Shown: positions 31,155 through 41,981 of the stretch, piece by piece
How the letters are laid out: each line of letters opens with the position of its first letter
Numbering within the stretch: position 1 is the stretch's first letter
Sequence record: DRR723986_791
Direction: 5' to 3' (one strand)
DNA length: 64,000 nucleotides
The notes under the pieces: model-generated
The model's input: the letters and a program-made list of their open reading frames with translations, nothing else
The model's database searches: none
What the model was told of the DNA's origin: nothing
Program-made: the position numbers and the translations under genes

Positions 31155-33185
31155 ATGTTTGCTGCTGTACCCTATCTTTTAATTACCTGCGTGATTAGCT
31201 TTGCGATCGCGATGATCTGCTTGGTTCTGCAACGCCGCCTACCCGGCCGAAAAGGGCTGTTCCAGTTTCAGCTTTTTTATTGGCTGTGCGGTGTACAGTA
31301 TTTGACGCTCGTCATCCACCAGTATTATATCTACGCCAGCATTGATCTCACGACAGATCTGTGCGTCGCCCTCTCCCACTTTTTCCTCGTGATCGGTGCT
31401 CTGCGCCACGTGGGTGCTGAACGTCACGGCCGGTGGCTGTTGGTACCCGCGATTGGCGTTTTCGTTTTCGATCAACTCGCTCCACCCGAAGTCCTCTGGG
31501 CGGCCTTCTTCTATGCCGCTGGTTGCTTGCTGATGGCTAGCCTAGTCTTCCTCTTGCGACGCAATGACAACTGGGGCGAGAGTGCTATTGCATACACGCT
31601 TGCATTCTGGGCCGCACTCAGTATTGCCTTAGGCCTGTATTCGTTTGGGGGAATCACCGCTGGTAAAGTGCAAAGTCTGGTGATTTCATTCGCAGCCATC
31701 CCGCCCGTAGTGGCCATCTCAGGTGTCTTCCTGGTCACCAGCCACCTGATCGAAGTTCAGAAATTGGTAGAACAGGATGCCTATAAGAGCGTTTTTGAAA
31801 ATACTGAAATCGCTATCGTCCAAACGGATGAATCGGGCGAAGTACTGCTAGCCAATGGTGCTGCAAAAGACCTTTTCCGCCATAGCCTACCTGATCGGGA
31901 ACGGCACTTGTTGCAGTCGTTTGTCCAGCTCCAACAACCACTGCGCGACAACCCGAATCACATTACACGCGCAGAGGTGGAACGTGGTGACACCAAGATT
32001 CCGGTCGAAATCCACTGGGTAGAGGTGCGTGGCCGGTTGCAGTGGCAGTTTCGCGACTTGACTCAGGACGAGCTGCTGCAGGAACGCGACCGAGAAACGG
32101 TCAAAGTGGAAGCAATGAGACTGCTGGCTGGTGCGGTGTCGCACGATCTACGCAATGTCTTTAGTGCATTCACATACATTTCTGAATACCTGAAGGATTC
32201 GTCCCACGGTAGCGAATCGTCCGAGGTAGCTGAAGCCCTGGACGGATTTGATCAAGCCCTTGAACATGGAGAGTCGCTGCTCAATCGCCTTTCCGGCATG
32301 TCCAGCGGCAAAGAACTGCACGAGCGCATCGTTCCGGTGGATGTCGGTGAAGTCGTGCGTTTGGTCGCAAAGTCTTACGAATCGGGACATCAAGGCTTGA
32401 AGATTGAACGCCACCAAGAGGGAGGCATTCCACTGGCCCTAGCAAACTCCGATATTCTGATTCGAATGCTGTTCAATTTGTGTGAAAACGCAATCCATGC
32501 GATGCGTGACCGCAAACAAGCCCTCCTGCAAATCGGCCTACAGTTGAACGACACCCGCGATCGAATCGAACTCTACTTGCAGGATAACGGTTGCGGCATT
32601 TCAGATGACGCGCTACCGCGGATTTTCGAACCTTACTTTTCCACCAAAGAACACGGAACAGGCCTCGGGCTGTTTTCGGTGCAACAAATGGTCTCTGCAG
32701 TTGGTGGCACGATTGAAGTCGAAACGAAAAAGGGACGCGGCACCCGGTTCAGCATTTTGCTCAAGCCTGCATCGACAACCCCGCCAGCTCCGCACGTCGA
32801 CCTGCCTGAAGGCTTCCGCGTCCTGGTCGTCGACGACAACGAATTATCGTGTCGTTTGCTGGCTGCAACACTAGAGAAGTGTGGGTGCATTACGGATAAA
32901 GCGACCTGCCCGCTATCGGCTATCGAGCTGCTGCGCAGTCGCAACTACGATTCAATGGTGACCGATTTCGACATGAAACCGATCGACGGAGTCGCTTTGA
33001 CTGCAGAAGCCAAGCGATTGCAGCCAGAACTGCTGGTCATCTTGGCGACCGGCTATGCGGATGTCTTGCGGGAACATCCACGACTGGCATCTGGAAGTTT
33101 TGCGAGTATCTTAACCAAACCGGTAGACAGCCACGACCTGGTAAATGCCCTGGCAGGCCGTCACCTCAACATGCTCCAAATGTGA
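31155..33185 (+). CDS. Membrane hybrid sensor histidine kinase / response regulator
   Basis: About 7 TMs, PAS-like segment, AVSHDLRN, NLCENAIHA, DNGCGI, GTGLGL, receiver VLVVDD..TDFDM..TKP. Confidence 0.92.
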   Translation: MFAAVPYLLITCVISFAIAMICLVLQRRLPGRKGLFQFQLFYWLCGVQYLTLVIHQYYIYASIDLTTDLCVALSHFFLVIGALRHVGAERHGRWLLVPAIGVFVFDQLAPPEVLWAAFFYAAGCLLMASLVFLLRRNDNWGESAIAYTLAFWAALSIALGLYSFGGITAGKVQSLVISFAAIPPVVAISGVFLVTSHLIEVQKLVEQDAYKSVFENTEIAIVQTDESGEVLLANGAAKDLFRHSLPDRERHLLQSFVQLQQPLRDNPNHITRAEVERGDTKIPVEIHWVEVRGRLQWQFRDLTQDELLQERDRETVKVEAMRLLAGAVSHDLRNVFSAFTYISEYLKDSSHGSESSEVAEALDGFDQALEHGESLLNRLSGMSSGKELHERIVPVDVGEVVRLVAKSYESGHQGLKIERHQEGGIPLALANSDILIRMLFNLCENAIHAMRDRKQALLQIGLQLNDTRDRIELYLQDNGCGISDDALPRIFEPYFSTKEHGTGLGLFSVQQMVSAVGGTIEVETKKGRGTRFSILLKPASTTPPAPHVDLPEGFRVLVVDDNELSCRLLAATLEKCGCITDKATCPLSAIELLRSRNYDSMVTDFDMKPIDGVALTAEAKRLQPELLVILATGYADVLREHPRLASGSFASILTKPVDSHDLVNALAGRHLNMLQM

Positions 33186-33312
33186 CCGGTTTCGCGACGA
33201 TTGGCCCAAGCGTTTCGATGTTGCTACACTGCACCTCAACCGATTGCGTGCAGGTTTGGCTCGAGGCGCATGCTGCTTCACCATCGATTTCCTATTCTTG
33301 CTAGGGTTCACG

Positions 33313-34782
33313 ATGCCTGTTTCCCGTTCGCTCTCATTCCTCCCGATGATTCTTTCCCTGCTGGTCATCGTCAGCAGCATCCGGTGCTTCGCACAGCAGA
33401 GCCAGACACAACAAAAACCTGCACCCATGAACGTGCTCCTGGTCACGGCCGACGACTTGGGGCTACAGCTCACTTGCTACGGCGACACAATTGCGAAGAC
33501 GCCCAACATGGATGCGCTGGCCCTGCAGTCGGTCCGGTTTGAAACGGCTTACGTCAGCCAGGCATCGTGTAGTCCGTCGCGTTCGACGATGTTCACCGGC
33601 CTTTATCCGCACGGCAACGGCCACTATGGACTTGCGAACGCGAACGTCGGATTCCAAGTCCACCCGGAACTATACAAGCAACTGCTTCCTAACTTACTCA
33701 AGCGATCTGGTTACCGCACAGGTATTATTGGCAAGCTACACGTGAACCCAGAAAAGCAGTTCCAGTTTGACTATCGTGAGAACGCCGGGTTCGGAAGCCG
33801 CGAGGTTGCCAAACAAGTGCAGTTTGCAAGCGACTTCATCGAGCAATCAGGAGACGCACCATGGTTTCTGATGTTCAATATGTTTGATCCACACGTCGCC
33901 CGCAATCGAAAACCTGGCGGGCAACGTGGGCCGCAGTACTTCCCCGATCAAGTAGCTGGACTGCCAGAGGCCCCGCTGTCAGCCGGCGACGTTCCAGCAT
34001 GGCCCTGGCAACAAATCGACACTCCGCAGCAGCGCACCAAGATTGCTGGCTATTACAACTGCGTCCATAGAATCGACGACGCAGTGGGAATGCTCGTCGA
34101 TTTGCTCAAGGATTCGGGACACTGGGACAATACCCTCATCATCTTCTTGGGAGATCACGGGCCGCCATTCGCTCGCGGCAAGACGAGCTGCTATGAGGCC
34201 GGGTTGCGTGTGCCGTTCATCGCCCGCTGGCCGGGTGTGTCCAAACCACACACTTCGCAGCGACTGGTCAGCAGCATCGACATTTACCCAACGATCTTGG
34301 ATGCCGCTGGGGTCGAGTTGCCTGGCGTTGTGCATGGCAAGTCGCTTCGGCCTGTCCTGCAAAATGCCGCCGCCACCGATTGGCGAACGACGCTCGCCGC
34401 TGAATTCCACTTCCATGGTGCATCGCCCTTCTTCCCCCGTCGCGCTATCACGGACGGACGCTTCAAGCTGATTCACAATCTACGGGCCGGCGAGTTGAGC
34501 GCTTCGTCGTCCGTCGATGGCGACCAAGCCCACATCTTCGCGCAGAAATTACCACCTGAACATGCAGGACGCATTGCGCTTGAGCGATTGAATAATCCAC
34601 CGGAGTGGGAATTGTACGACCTGCAAACCGACCCGAACGAGCTTACGAACCTGGCCGACGATGCGGCGCACAACATGGAACTTCAGCGGCTTCAAAAGGC
34701 ACTCATTGAGTGGCAAGAGCAGACCGCAGATCCGTTCACTGATGTAGAATTCCGACGCGCGGTCGAGAAGAAATACAAGTAG
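33313..34782 (+). CDS. Formylglycine-dependent sulfatase (N-sulfoglucosamine sulfohydrolase-like)
   Basis: NVLLVTADDLG; CSPSRSTMFTG; GKLHV; GDHG; ELYDLQTDP; signal peptide from ATG 33313. Confidence 0.93.
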   Translation: MPVSRSLSFLPMILSLLVIVSSIRCFAQQSQTQQKPAPMNVLLVTADDLGLQLTCYGDTIAKTPNMDALALQSVRFETAYVSQASCSPSRSTMFTGLYPHGNGHYGLANANVGFQVHPELYKQLLPNLLKRSGYRTGIIGKLHVNPEKQFQFDYRENAGFGSREVAKQVQFASDFIEQSGDAPWFLMFNMFDPHVARNRKPGGQRGPQYFPDQVAGLPEAPLSAGDVPAWPWQQIDTPQQRTKIAGYYNCVHRIDDAVGMLVDLLKDSGHWDNTLIIFLGDHGPPFARGKTSCYEAGLRVPFIARWPGVSKPHTSQRLVSSIDIYPTILDAAGVELPGVVHGKSLRPVLQNAAATDWRTTLAAEFHFHGASPFFPRRAITDGRFKLIHNLRAGELSASSSVDGDQAHIFAQKLPPEHAGRIALERLNNPPEWELYDLQTDPNELTNLADDAAHNMELQRLQKALIEWQEQTADPFTDVEFRRAVEKKYK

Positions 34783-34846
34783 CCCGCTTACCACCTTTGC
34801 CAGCGCCGCACACCAATCTTGCCAACGCTGCCCGAGAGAACAAACA

Positions 34847-35902
34847 ATGCACCGAAGACATACTATCGCACTACTGCTCGTTCTCTGCGGGCTTTGCCAA
34901 AGCAGCTTTGCTCAGGACGCAGCCTTCCGTAAATGGGACGCGAACGGCGACGGAAAGCTGACAAAGAACGAGCTGCCTGAAAACCTGCGTGGCAACTTTG
35001 AACGGATCGATCGCAACGGAGATGGCCATATTTCCGCCAAGGAAGACTCAGCATTTCGCAGCAAACGAGCCGCCGCTCAAGCACTGCCAGAGGGAACCAT
35101 CGTAAAGCGCGATGTGGCCTATGTGAGCCAAGGGCATGAGCGGCAGAAGCTGGACCTCTACTTGCTGCCGAAACAAGATGCTCCGCGACCGCTGGTTGTA
35201 TGGATTCACGGCGGTGGTTGGCGAGGCGGTGATAAACGCGTCTGCCCCGCCACGTTCCTTCTGAAAAGCGGCTATCAGGTCGCCAGCGTCAACTATCGCC
35301 TCAGTCATCACGCCACGTTTCCAGCACAGCTCCATGATTGCAAAGCCGCAATTCGTTGGCTGCGTGCAAACGCTGAACAGCTTGACATTGCACCAGACAG
35401 AATCGGAGTCTGGGGCTCCTCAGCAGGTGGGCATCTGGTCGCCCTGCTTGGAACCAGCGGCGACGTCACAGACCTGGAGGGCGAACTAGGAAACACCAAC
35501 TTTAGTAGCAGGGTGCAAGCCGTTGTCGATTACTTCGGACCAACTGATTTACTCAAAATGAACCAGCAAGCCGGACAGCTCGGAAAGCTAGACCACGATT
35601 CACCAAATTCACCTGAATCAAAGCTACTTGGTGGCCCCCTGCAGCGGCGTGCTCGCCAAGCGAGGCAAGCAAGCCCACTTGAGTACATTTCGTCAGATGA
35701 CCCACCGTACTTAATCGTACACGGCGACAGAGATCCATTGGTACCTATTCAGCAGAGCGAGGAACTACACGCACAACTAAAAGCATCGGGCGTTTCCACG
35801 ACACTGGTCATCGTCAAAGGAGGCAAGCATGGGCCGTTTCGCGATCCAGATCAGCTTCAACAGGTCAAAGAGTTCTTTGACAGTGCATTGACGAAGCAAT
35901 AG
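34847..35902 (+). CDS. Secreted EF-hand + alpha/beta hydrolase (esterase)
   Basis: EF loops DANGDGKLTKNE and DRNGDGHISAKE; IHGGGW; GSSAGG; HGDRDPLVP; GGKHG. Confidence 0.9.
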   Translation: MHRRHTIALLLVLCGLCQSSFAQDAAFRKWDANGDGKLTKNELPENLRGNFERIDRNGDGHISAKEDSAFRSKRAAAQALPEGTIVKRDVAYVSQGHERQKLDLYLLPKQDAPRPLVVWIHGGGWRGGDKRVCPATFLLKSGYQVASVNYRLSHHATFPAQLHDCKAAIRWLRANAEQLDIAPDRIGVWGSSAGGHLVALLGTSGDVTDLEGELGNTNFSSRVQAVVDYFGPTDLLKMNQQAGQLGKLDHDSPNSPESKLLGGPLQRRARQARQASPLEYISSDDPPYLIVHGDRDPLVPIQQSEELHAQLKASGVSTTLVIVKGGKHGPFRDPDQLQQVKEFFDSALTKQ

Positions 35903-35987
35903 GTGCGTCCTGGATGCGAAATTGACGCCAGCAGGTATTGCAGTAACTCCTGGATAACCGAAACACTCCGCTTGCGACCCAGATTCA

Positions 35988-37388
35988 TCAATTTGCTTTT
36001 AACGTGATCTCAGTGGACTTTGCTGGGTGAACGGTGATCTGCACCTTATCAGTTGCGTCGCTCTGACTTCCAGGATTTGGTCGGCCGTGGACAATGTAGT
36101 CGCCCGGCGGCACATTCTTGAACTCAACGAAGTTCTCCGCATTGAGACTCGATGAACCACCCCACGAACCTACTTCTTCTCCGCCCACGGGAGCAATGTT
36201 GATAATGTAGTCTTTGACCGACCGCTCTTTGGGGAAATCGACGCTAACACGAACGCTACCAGCGCGAAACAAGATGACTTTGCAGTCTTTCTCTGGAATT
36301 TTCACTTCGCTTCCCAACCCGCCCTGATACCCTTCGATGTACGCAGTGATGCGGCAGCTTCCGCGCGGTAGGCCGCTGATCGAGAACCGACCGTCCCCAT
36401 CGGTTGAGTATCGCGACTGCAAAATGGCATAGCGATTACCTTCATCGGTAGCCACAGAGCGAACGACAATATCGGCATTCCCCAAGCTTGCACCGTCACT
36501 ATCCACGACGCGGCCCGAAACTGCTCCAGCGGCGATCAGGCTGCAATCACAACGTGTGTACCCTGGCTGTCGGTCATATCGCGCGTGATGGATAATCCGA
36601 GGTGCAAAGCCGTCCGCTTCAGCAATCAAACGACTCCACTCCGCCGGAAATTTCTTCAGCACCCACACTCCGGACGAGTCGACCTTCACCGTTTCCGCAG
36701 CGCTGTAGTCGTACCCACCAGTTTTCTTGGCAGTGATTCTCTCAACTCGAATCGTAGCCTGCAGTGGTTTTCCAGTTGCAAAATCACGCACAGTTCCTTC
36801 GAGCACGCGACCGTCTGATTTCGAGTAGCCGTTTCCTTGCAGTGTATTGTCGGTGACGGTTAAGCCTTCAGGCATACGCAACTGGTCCCACCGGACCGTC
36901 CCCGTGTAAATCGTGAGCGTACATTCAGGACGCTCGCCCTTCGCAGCTCGCATTTCAGCAGGTAGCTTCTGCTGGTTCTGCCAACCACCTTTGGTCCAAA
37001 CGGTAAACTCCCAGTCAATCTTGTGATCACGATTAACTTTGTTACCAGAACGAGTCCTATTAGGGTCGAGCCAAAAGCTAAATCCAACGCCATCGCGAAT
37101 GAGCACACGTTTCACCGGTGCATCGATCTTCGCAAACGCCTCAAGAACTTTGTTGATCTCAGCAGCATCACCTTTTGCTTCCGCGTGCCATTGCCCACCA
37201 CCCAGCGGTGGACCTTCCCACCATGCAATACGCGACTCCCAATTGAAAATGGGTTCGGCACCCGCTGGCCAACCGGGATCCGAGACCGGCCGGTTTCCCT
37301 CACCGCCAGTAATCAGCGCCGAAGCACTGCTTTGGTAGAGAAGAGCTATCGCCAGCGCCAACACACTCCAACTCGATCGACCGCCCAT
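35988..37388 (-). CDS. Secreted protein with carboxypeptidase-regulatory-like beta-sandwich repeats
   Basis: Signal peptide; repeats EGTVRD..TGKPL, SGRVVDSDG..TDGDGRF.ISGLPRG, FKNVPPGDY. Confidence 0.75.
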   Translation of the reverse strand: MGGRSSWSVLALAIALLYQSSASALITGGEGNRPVSDPGWPAGAEPIFNWESRIAWWEGPPLGGGQWHAEAKGDAAEINKVLEAFAKIDAPVKRVLIRDGVGFSFWLDPNRTRSGNKVNRDHKIDWEFTVWTKGGWQNQQKLPAEMRAAKGERPECTLTIYTGTVRWDQLRMPEGLTVTDNTLQGNGYSKSDGRVLEGTVRDFATGKPLQATIRVERITAKKTGGYDYSAAETVKVDSSGVWVLKKFPAEWSRLIAEADGFAPRIIHHARYDRQPGYTRCDCSLIAAGAVSGRVVDSDGASLGNADIVVRSVATDEGNRYAILQSRYSTDGDGRFSISGLPRGSCRITAYIEGYQGGLGSEVKIPEKDCKVILFRAGSVRVSVDFPKERSVKDYIINIAPVGGEEVGSWGGSSSLNAENFVEFKNVPPGDYIVHGRPNPGSQSDATDKVQITVHPAKSTEITLKAN

Positions 37389-37648
37389 CGCACCTGTTCC
37401 CTCAAAGTCGCTTTGCCACCTACTGAACGCCGCTTCAGGATAGCAGACACACGAGACGGAAGTTTATTAGGGACAAATTCACCAAAGTCGGTGCTTTACT
37501 GTCCAAGAGCATCGAACGCTGCCCATCGCTTGCCAAACGAAGAGTAACGCGTGATATGAAAAGCCAGGGCGAGCGCTTGGTAGGTTCGAGTGCTAATCCA
37601 TCAGGCTGATTCGTTGGGGGCTGATCCTTTGGGTGCCAGCAAAGCAAT

Positions 37649-39049
37649 TTAGGCGATGATGTCTTTGGCAACGTTGCCGTGGACGTCGGTCAGGCGGAAG
37701 TCACGTCCGGCGTAACGATAGGTCAACCTCTCATGATCGAGCCCAAGCAGGTGAAGTATGGTCGCGTGCCAATCGTGAATGTGGCACGGATTCTCAACCG
37801 CCTCGTAGCCATGCTCATCAGTGGCACCATAGCTGAAGCCGCCCTTGACCCCGCCTCCGGCCATCCACGTTGTAAAGCCTTTGTTATTGTGATTTCTTCC
37901 GTCACTACCCTGCGCGGCGGGCGTTCGACCGAATTCTCCGCCCCAAATGACCAGGGTCTCTTCCAATAGCCCTCGGCGGCTCAAGTCTTCCAGTAGTCCT
38001 GCAATAGGTTTGTCGCAGGCCTCGGCGCGGGCAGCGTGGTCATTGCGCAGATTGACGTGCTGGTCCCAACCACCGTGAGTGATCTCGATGAAACGGACTC
38101 CCGATTCAGCCATTCGCCTTGCGAGCAAACACTGCTTCCCAAACGCTTCAGTAGCACCGCCATCCGCACCGTATAGTGCTAGTGTTTCCTCAGTTTCGTC
38201 TGCGATGTCCATCACGTCCGGCATTGCATCCTGCATCCGAAAAGCCAACTCGTAGGATTCGATCACACCCTCGATATCAGCGGCCCCCTCCCCTGCCCTG
38301 GCAAGTTTCTTTCGGTTCAATTCTTGAATGAAGTCGATTTGCCGCCGTTGTTCAGCGCGCGACATGTTCGGACTCGAGATATCAGGCACACTCTCGGCTC
38401 CAGCGAATTGTGCAAACCTGGATGCTCGACCACCGCGGCCAATCTTTGTGCCCCCATAAATGCTCGGCAAGAAAGCGCTGCCGTAGACGCCCGCATTTCC
38501 CGATGGCGGACTCAGCGATACGAATCCGGGCAGGCTGTCGTTTTCTGTCCCCAGGCCATACAGCGTCCATGCGCCCAGTGATGGACGAATGAACTGCGCC
38601 GTGCCGGTATGCATTTGCGTCATCGCTCCAGGGTGTACCGGCTGATCGCACTGCATCGACCGAATCAAGGTCATTTCATCAGCGTGCCTGGCAACGTTGG
38701 GGAACAAGTCGCTGATCCAAAGGCCACTTTCACCACGTTGACGGAACTCCCAAGGACTCTTTAACAGTCGGCCACCATAACGCCCTTGCTTCCCGTCATC
38801 GCGCTGCAAGGCTTCTTTGTAATCGAAAGTATCGACGTGGCTCGGACCGCCACTCATACATAGAAAGATCACTCGCTTTGCTTTTGCCTCAAAGTGCGGC
38901 TCCTTGGGCGTCAGTGGTCCGCCATCTTCGTTGCCGCTGGCAGCACGTGCCTTGCGCGACTGCCCACCGGCGATCGCTGAAAACGCCATGTAGCCAAACC
39001 CGGCTGATACACTTTGCAAGATATTTCGTCGAGAGAGCATTGCATTCAC
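37649..39049 (-). CDS. DUF1501 Tat-exported protein
   Basis: [37 protein letters not shown]. Confidence 0.93.
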   Translation of the reverse strand: MNAMLSRRNILQSVSAGFGYMAFSAIAGGQSRKARAASGNEDGGPLTPKEPHFEAKAKRVIFLCMSGGPSHVDTFDYKEALQRDDGKQGRYGGRLLKSPWEFRQRGESGLWISDLFPNVARHADEMTLIRSMQCDQPVHPGAMTQMHTGTAQFIRPSLGAWTLYGLGTENDSLPGFVSLSPPSGNAGVYGSAFLPSIYGGTKIGRGGRASRFAQFAGAESVPDISSPNMSRAEQRRQIDFIQELNRKKLARAGEGAADIEGVIESYELAFRMQDAMPDVMDIADETEETLALYGADGGATEAFGKQCLLARRMAESGVRFIEITHGGWDQHVNLRNDHAARAEACDKPIAGLLEDLSRRGLLEETLVIWGGEFGRTPAAQGSDGRNHNNKGFTTWMAGGGVKGGFSYGATDEHGYEAVENPCHIHDWHATILHLLGLDHERLTYRYAGRDFRLTDVHGNVAKDIIA

Positions 39050-39112
39050 CTTTACAGTTTACTCAACCAGGATGACGACTACGTGGAGCGATGGGCCAGT
39101 CAAGGATCCGAG

Positions 39113-41839
39113 TTAATCGAGGATTCGAAATTCTGCGGTCGCGAACAAGCTGGCGCAAAACGCCTCCAAGCCTTCTTGGCTTGCACCGCGACGGCGCCCG
39201 AATGACCTGAGGTAACGCGCCGCCGCTGCAAGTTCATCTGCGGTTGCTGGCCGTCCCAAAGCCACTTTGAATCCAAGTTTCACAGCTTCGGACGAACTGT
39301 CTGTTGCCAGCTCCAACCGCTGAGCGAACAACTTTGCCTGCGCCTGAACGAAACGATTGTTGAGCATGTACAGTGCTTGGTTCGCTGTGTGTGACTGCTC
39401 GCGTTGACCGGTCACAGTGCTCGAATCGACGAAGTCGAAGACCACTAGGCTGCGTGGTTCTTCGTTACGTACGATCGGAAGATAGACGCTACGAAGCGTC
39501 GACTCCTCCATGTCGAGCCGACTGGTCACTTTACGAGTCGCTTCGCTAATGATCGACTGCATCGCTTCGCGGCCTGTCGCTCCTCGACGGGCTGAACCGC
39601 TTCCAAGCCCGCGTTCCTGAAGTCCCTGGGCACTCTGCCCGCGTCCCTGGGGGCGGCCTTGGGGGCTCTGCCCAGTACGACCGCGACGGCCACTCAGCAT
39701 GTCGCGACTAAACTGTTGACGCATTTCACGTGCTTCCTTTTCAACAGCCTGGCGAACCTGCTCCCTGGCATCACCCAGAACACCCGCGCGAATCGTCGTG
39801 AAACCGGCCTTGGCAACCTCACTACCTCGCGGGCGCTCAAGGTCCAATTCGCCACTCACAGAAAGAATCGCATCACGGATAGCTTCCGCCTCCAATCGCC
39901 GGGGGTTCGCCCGCCAGAGCAACTCGTTATCAGGGTCCTCTTCATGATGCTCAGAACTGAAAGTCGAGGCCATTCTATAGGTGCGACTTAGTGCTATCGA
40001 CCGGATAAGCTCCTTAGTCGACCAACCGCCATCGACAAACGCAACGGCTAGATAGTCGAGAAGCTCGGGATGCGTTGGCTGGAGACCAGTCGCCCCGAAG
40101 TTCTCGGGTGTTCGCACCAGTGCCTTTCCAAGCATGTGTTGCCAGACTCGATTGACGTACACACGGGCGGTCAGCGGGTTCTCTGAACTACCAATCCAGC
40201 GTGCCAGTTCCAGTCGCCCGCTGCTACCGGAACTCAGACGGACTGGGTTGCTCACCAAGACTTGGGGAAACCCGCGGGGCACCGTATCCGCCCGCTGGTC
40301 AATCTCACCTCGCACCAGCAAGGGGACGTCGCGCGGCGGATCGCGCTCTTGCACGCCCATGCAGTAGCTGATCGGTTGACCATCATCGTCAACGACAGCC
40401 AGCTTCGCACTCAAATCTGACATGCGATTCAGACGAGCCAGTCGGGCACGAACATCGGCAGCAGACATCTGGCCACTGCGGCGACTTCCGGCCGCTTCGG
40501 CGAACGTGTCCTCAAGTTGCTTCTCCAGATCGGCCAACTCCGCCTTCGAATAGCGAGGATCATAAGGACTGGGATCATCGATGGGCAACCGAATGAGACT
40601 GCTTTGACGTTTTCGCTGTGCGGTGGCAATTGCGCCAAACTTGCTAGGAGGATTGCCAAAGTAGGTCGTCATGTTGGCGAAAATTCCAGCCAACGCGTAG
40701 TAGTCTTTCTGAGGAATGGGATCAAATTTGTGATCGTGGCACCGAGCGCAGGCAATGCTCGTCCCGAGAAAAACCCGCGAGGTTGCATCTATTTGCTCGT
40801 CCACTAAGTCGGCTTGAAATTGAACACGATTCTGTTCATTGACGTTCTTCGGACCGATGGCTAAGAATGTCGTTGCAACCAGGTGTTCCGCCCACTGTTG
40901 ATCAGAATCGGCTGGCAGCAAATCACCTGCTATCTGCTCCTGCACGAACTCATTGAATGGCTTGTCGGCATTGAATGAATCGATAACGTAGTCCCGATAT
41001 CGCCATGCATGCGGATAAGTAACATTGACCTCACGGCCTGTCGACTCGCCGTAGCGGGCCACGTCGAGCCAGTGGCGCCCCCAGCGTTCACCGAACTGCT
41101 CGGTCTCCAGCAAGCGATCCACAACGTGAGCAATTGCGACTTGAGGATCACGTTCCCAAAGCTTCTCAAAGACGTCGATTTGCTTCGGCGTGGGTGGCAA
41201 ACCGACCAGGTCAAAACACAACCTCCGCAACACGACGTTGGCTGGCGCGTCCGGAGCTGGCTGAAGGTCCCGATCGCTTAACTTTGCCGCAACGTAGTGA
41301 TCAATGGCCGTCTCAGCCCAATCATCTTGCTCATGCGGAACAGCCTTCTTGACGGGATGTTGGTATGCCCAAAAGGTACTGCGGGCTAGCTCGATATCTT
41401 CTTCTGAGATAGTTGATTTGATTTCCGCAACTTCGCTCCTGCGTGGATCAGGCGCTCCCATCTCGATCCATTTACGGAAGTCGTCGATGACACGATCGCT
41501 GAGCCGCCGCTTGGGAGGCATCTCAAAATCTTCGTAGGTAATTGCGTTGAATAGGAGCGATTCTTCTAGGTCGCCTGGAACAATAGCCGGGCCACTACTG
41601 CCACCAATGTGCGTCAGCTCACGCGTGTCCAGCCGCAATCCACCGCGAACATTCCCCGACTTGCTTGAGTGACAACCGTAGCACTCACGCACGAGGACAG
41701 GGCGAATTTTCGATTCAAAGAATTGCTCTTTTTCCTGAGTGATCTTAGCCGCTGAAGCTGCGCCATCGTCGGCACAGAGCAAACCGGTCGTTGCGAAATA
41801 CAGCAGACCAACCCAACAAGAAAATATTCCGAAACGCAT
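39113..41839 (-). CDS. Planctomycete cytochrome c / DUF1549 / DUF1553 (PSD1) protein
   Basis: FFESKIRPVL..CYGCH; RHWLDVARY; CARCHDHKFDP; NPLTARVYVNRVW; Arg/Gly-rich insertion. Confidence 0.93.
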   Translation of the reverse strand: MRFGIFSCWVGLLYFATTGLLCADDGAASAAKITQEKEQFFESKIRPVLVRECYGCHSSKSGNVRGGLRLDTRELTHIGGSSGPAIVPGDLEESLLFNAITYEDFEMPPKRRLSDRVIDDFRKWIEMGAPDPRRSEVAEIKSTISEEDIELARSTFWAYQHPVKKAVPHEQDDWAETAIDHYVAAKLSDRDLQPAPDAPANVVLRRLCFDLVGLPPTPKQIDVFEKLWERDPQVAIAHVVDRLLETEQFGERWGRHWLDVARYGESTGREVNVTYPHAWRYRDYVIDSFNADKPFNEFVQEQIAGDLLPADSDQQWAEHLVATTFLAIGPKNVNEQNRVQFQADLVDEQIDATSRVFLGTSIACARCHDHKFDPIPQKDYYALAGIFANMTTYFGNPPSKFGAIATAQRKRQSSLIRLPIDDPSPYDPRYSKAELADLEKQLEDTFAEAAGSRRSGQMSAADVRARLARLNRMSDLSAKLAVVDDDGQPISYCMGVQERDPPRDVPLLVRGEIDQRADTVPRGFPQVLVSNPVRLSSGSSGRLELARWIGSSENPLTARVYVNRVWQHMLGKALVRTPENFGATGLQPTHPELLDYLAVAFVDGGWSTKELIRSIALSRTYRMASTFSSEHHEEDPDNELLWRANPRRLEAEAIRDAILSVSGELDLERPRGSEVAKAGFTTIRAGVLGDAREQVRQAVEKEAREMRQQFSRDMLSGRRGRTGQSPQGRPQGRGQSAQGLQERGLGSGSARRGATGREAMQSIISEATRKVTSRLDMEESTLRSVYLPIVRNEEPRSLVVFDFVDSSTVTGQREQSHTANQALYMLNNRFVQAQAKLFAQRLELATDSSSEAVKLGFKVALGRPATADELAAAARYLRSFGRRRGASQEGLEAFCASLFATAEFRILD

Positions 41840-41981
41840 ACCTAAACCTCACTGAAAAGCACGGCTCGATGTGAACCGAACAGCTCGACAGACGCTTTCT
41901 CGCAACTTCAACAGCAACATCCAAACAGAGCAGCACTTACGGAGCAACCAACTGTTCGAAACTCCCCGCGCAGCCCCTGAG

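Noticed and set aside
33145-33312. Extended start of the sulfatase overlapping the kinase
   Set aside because: The signal peptide begins at ATG 33313
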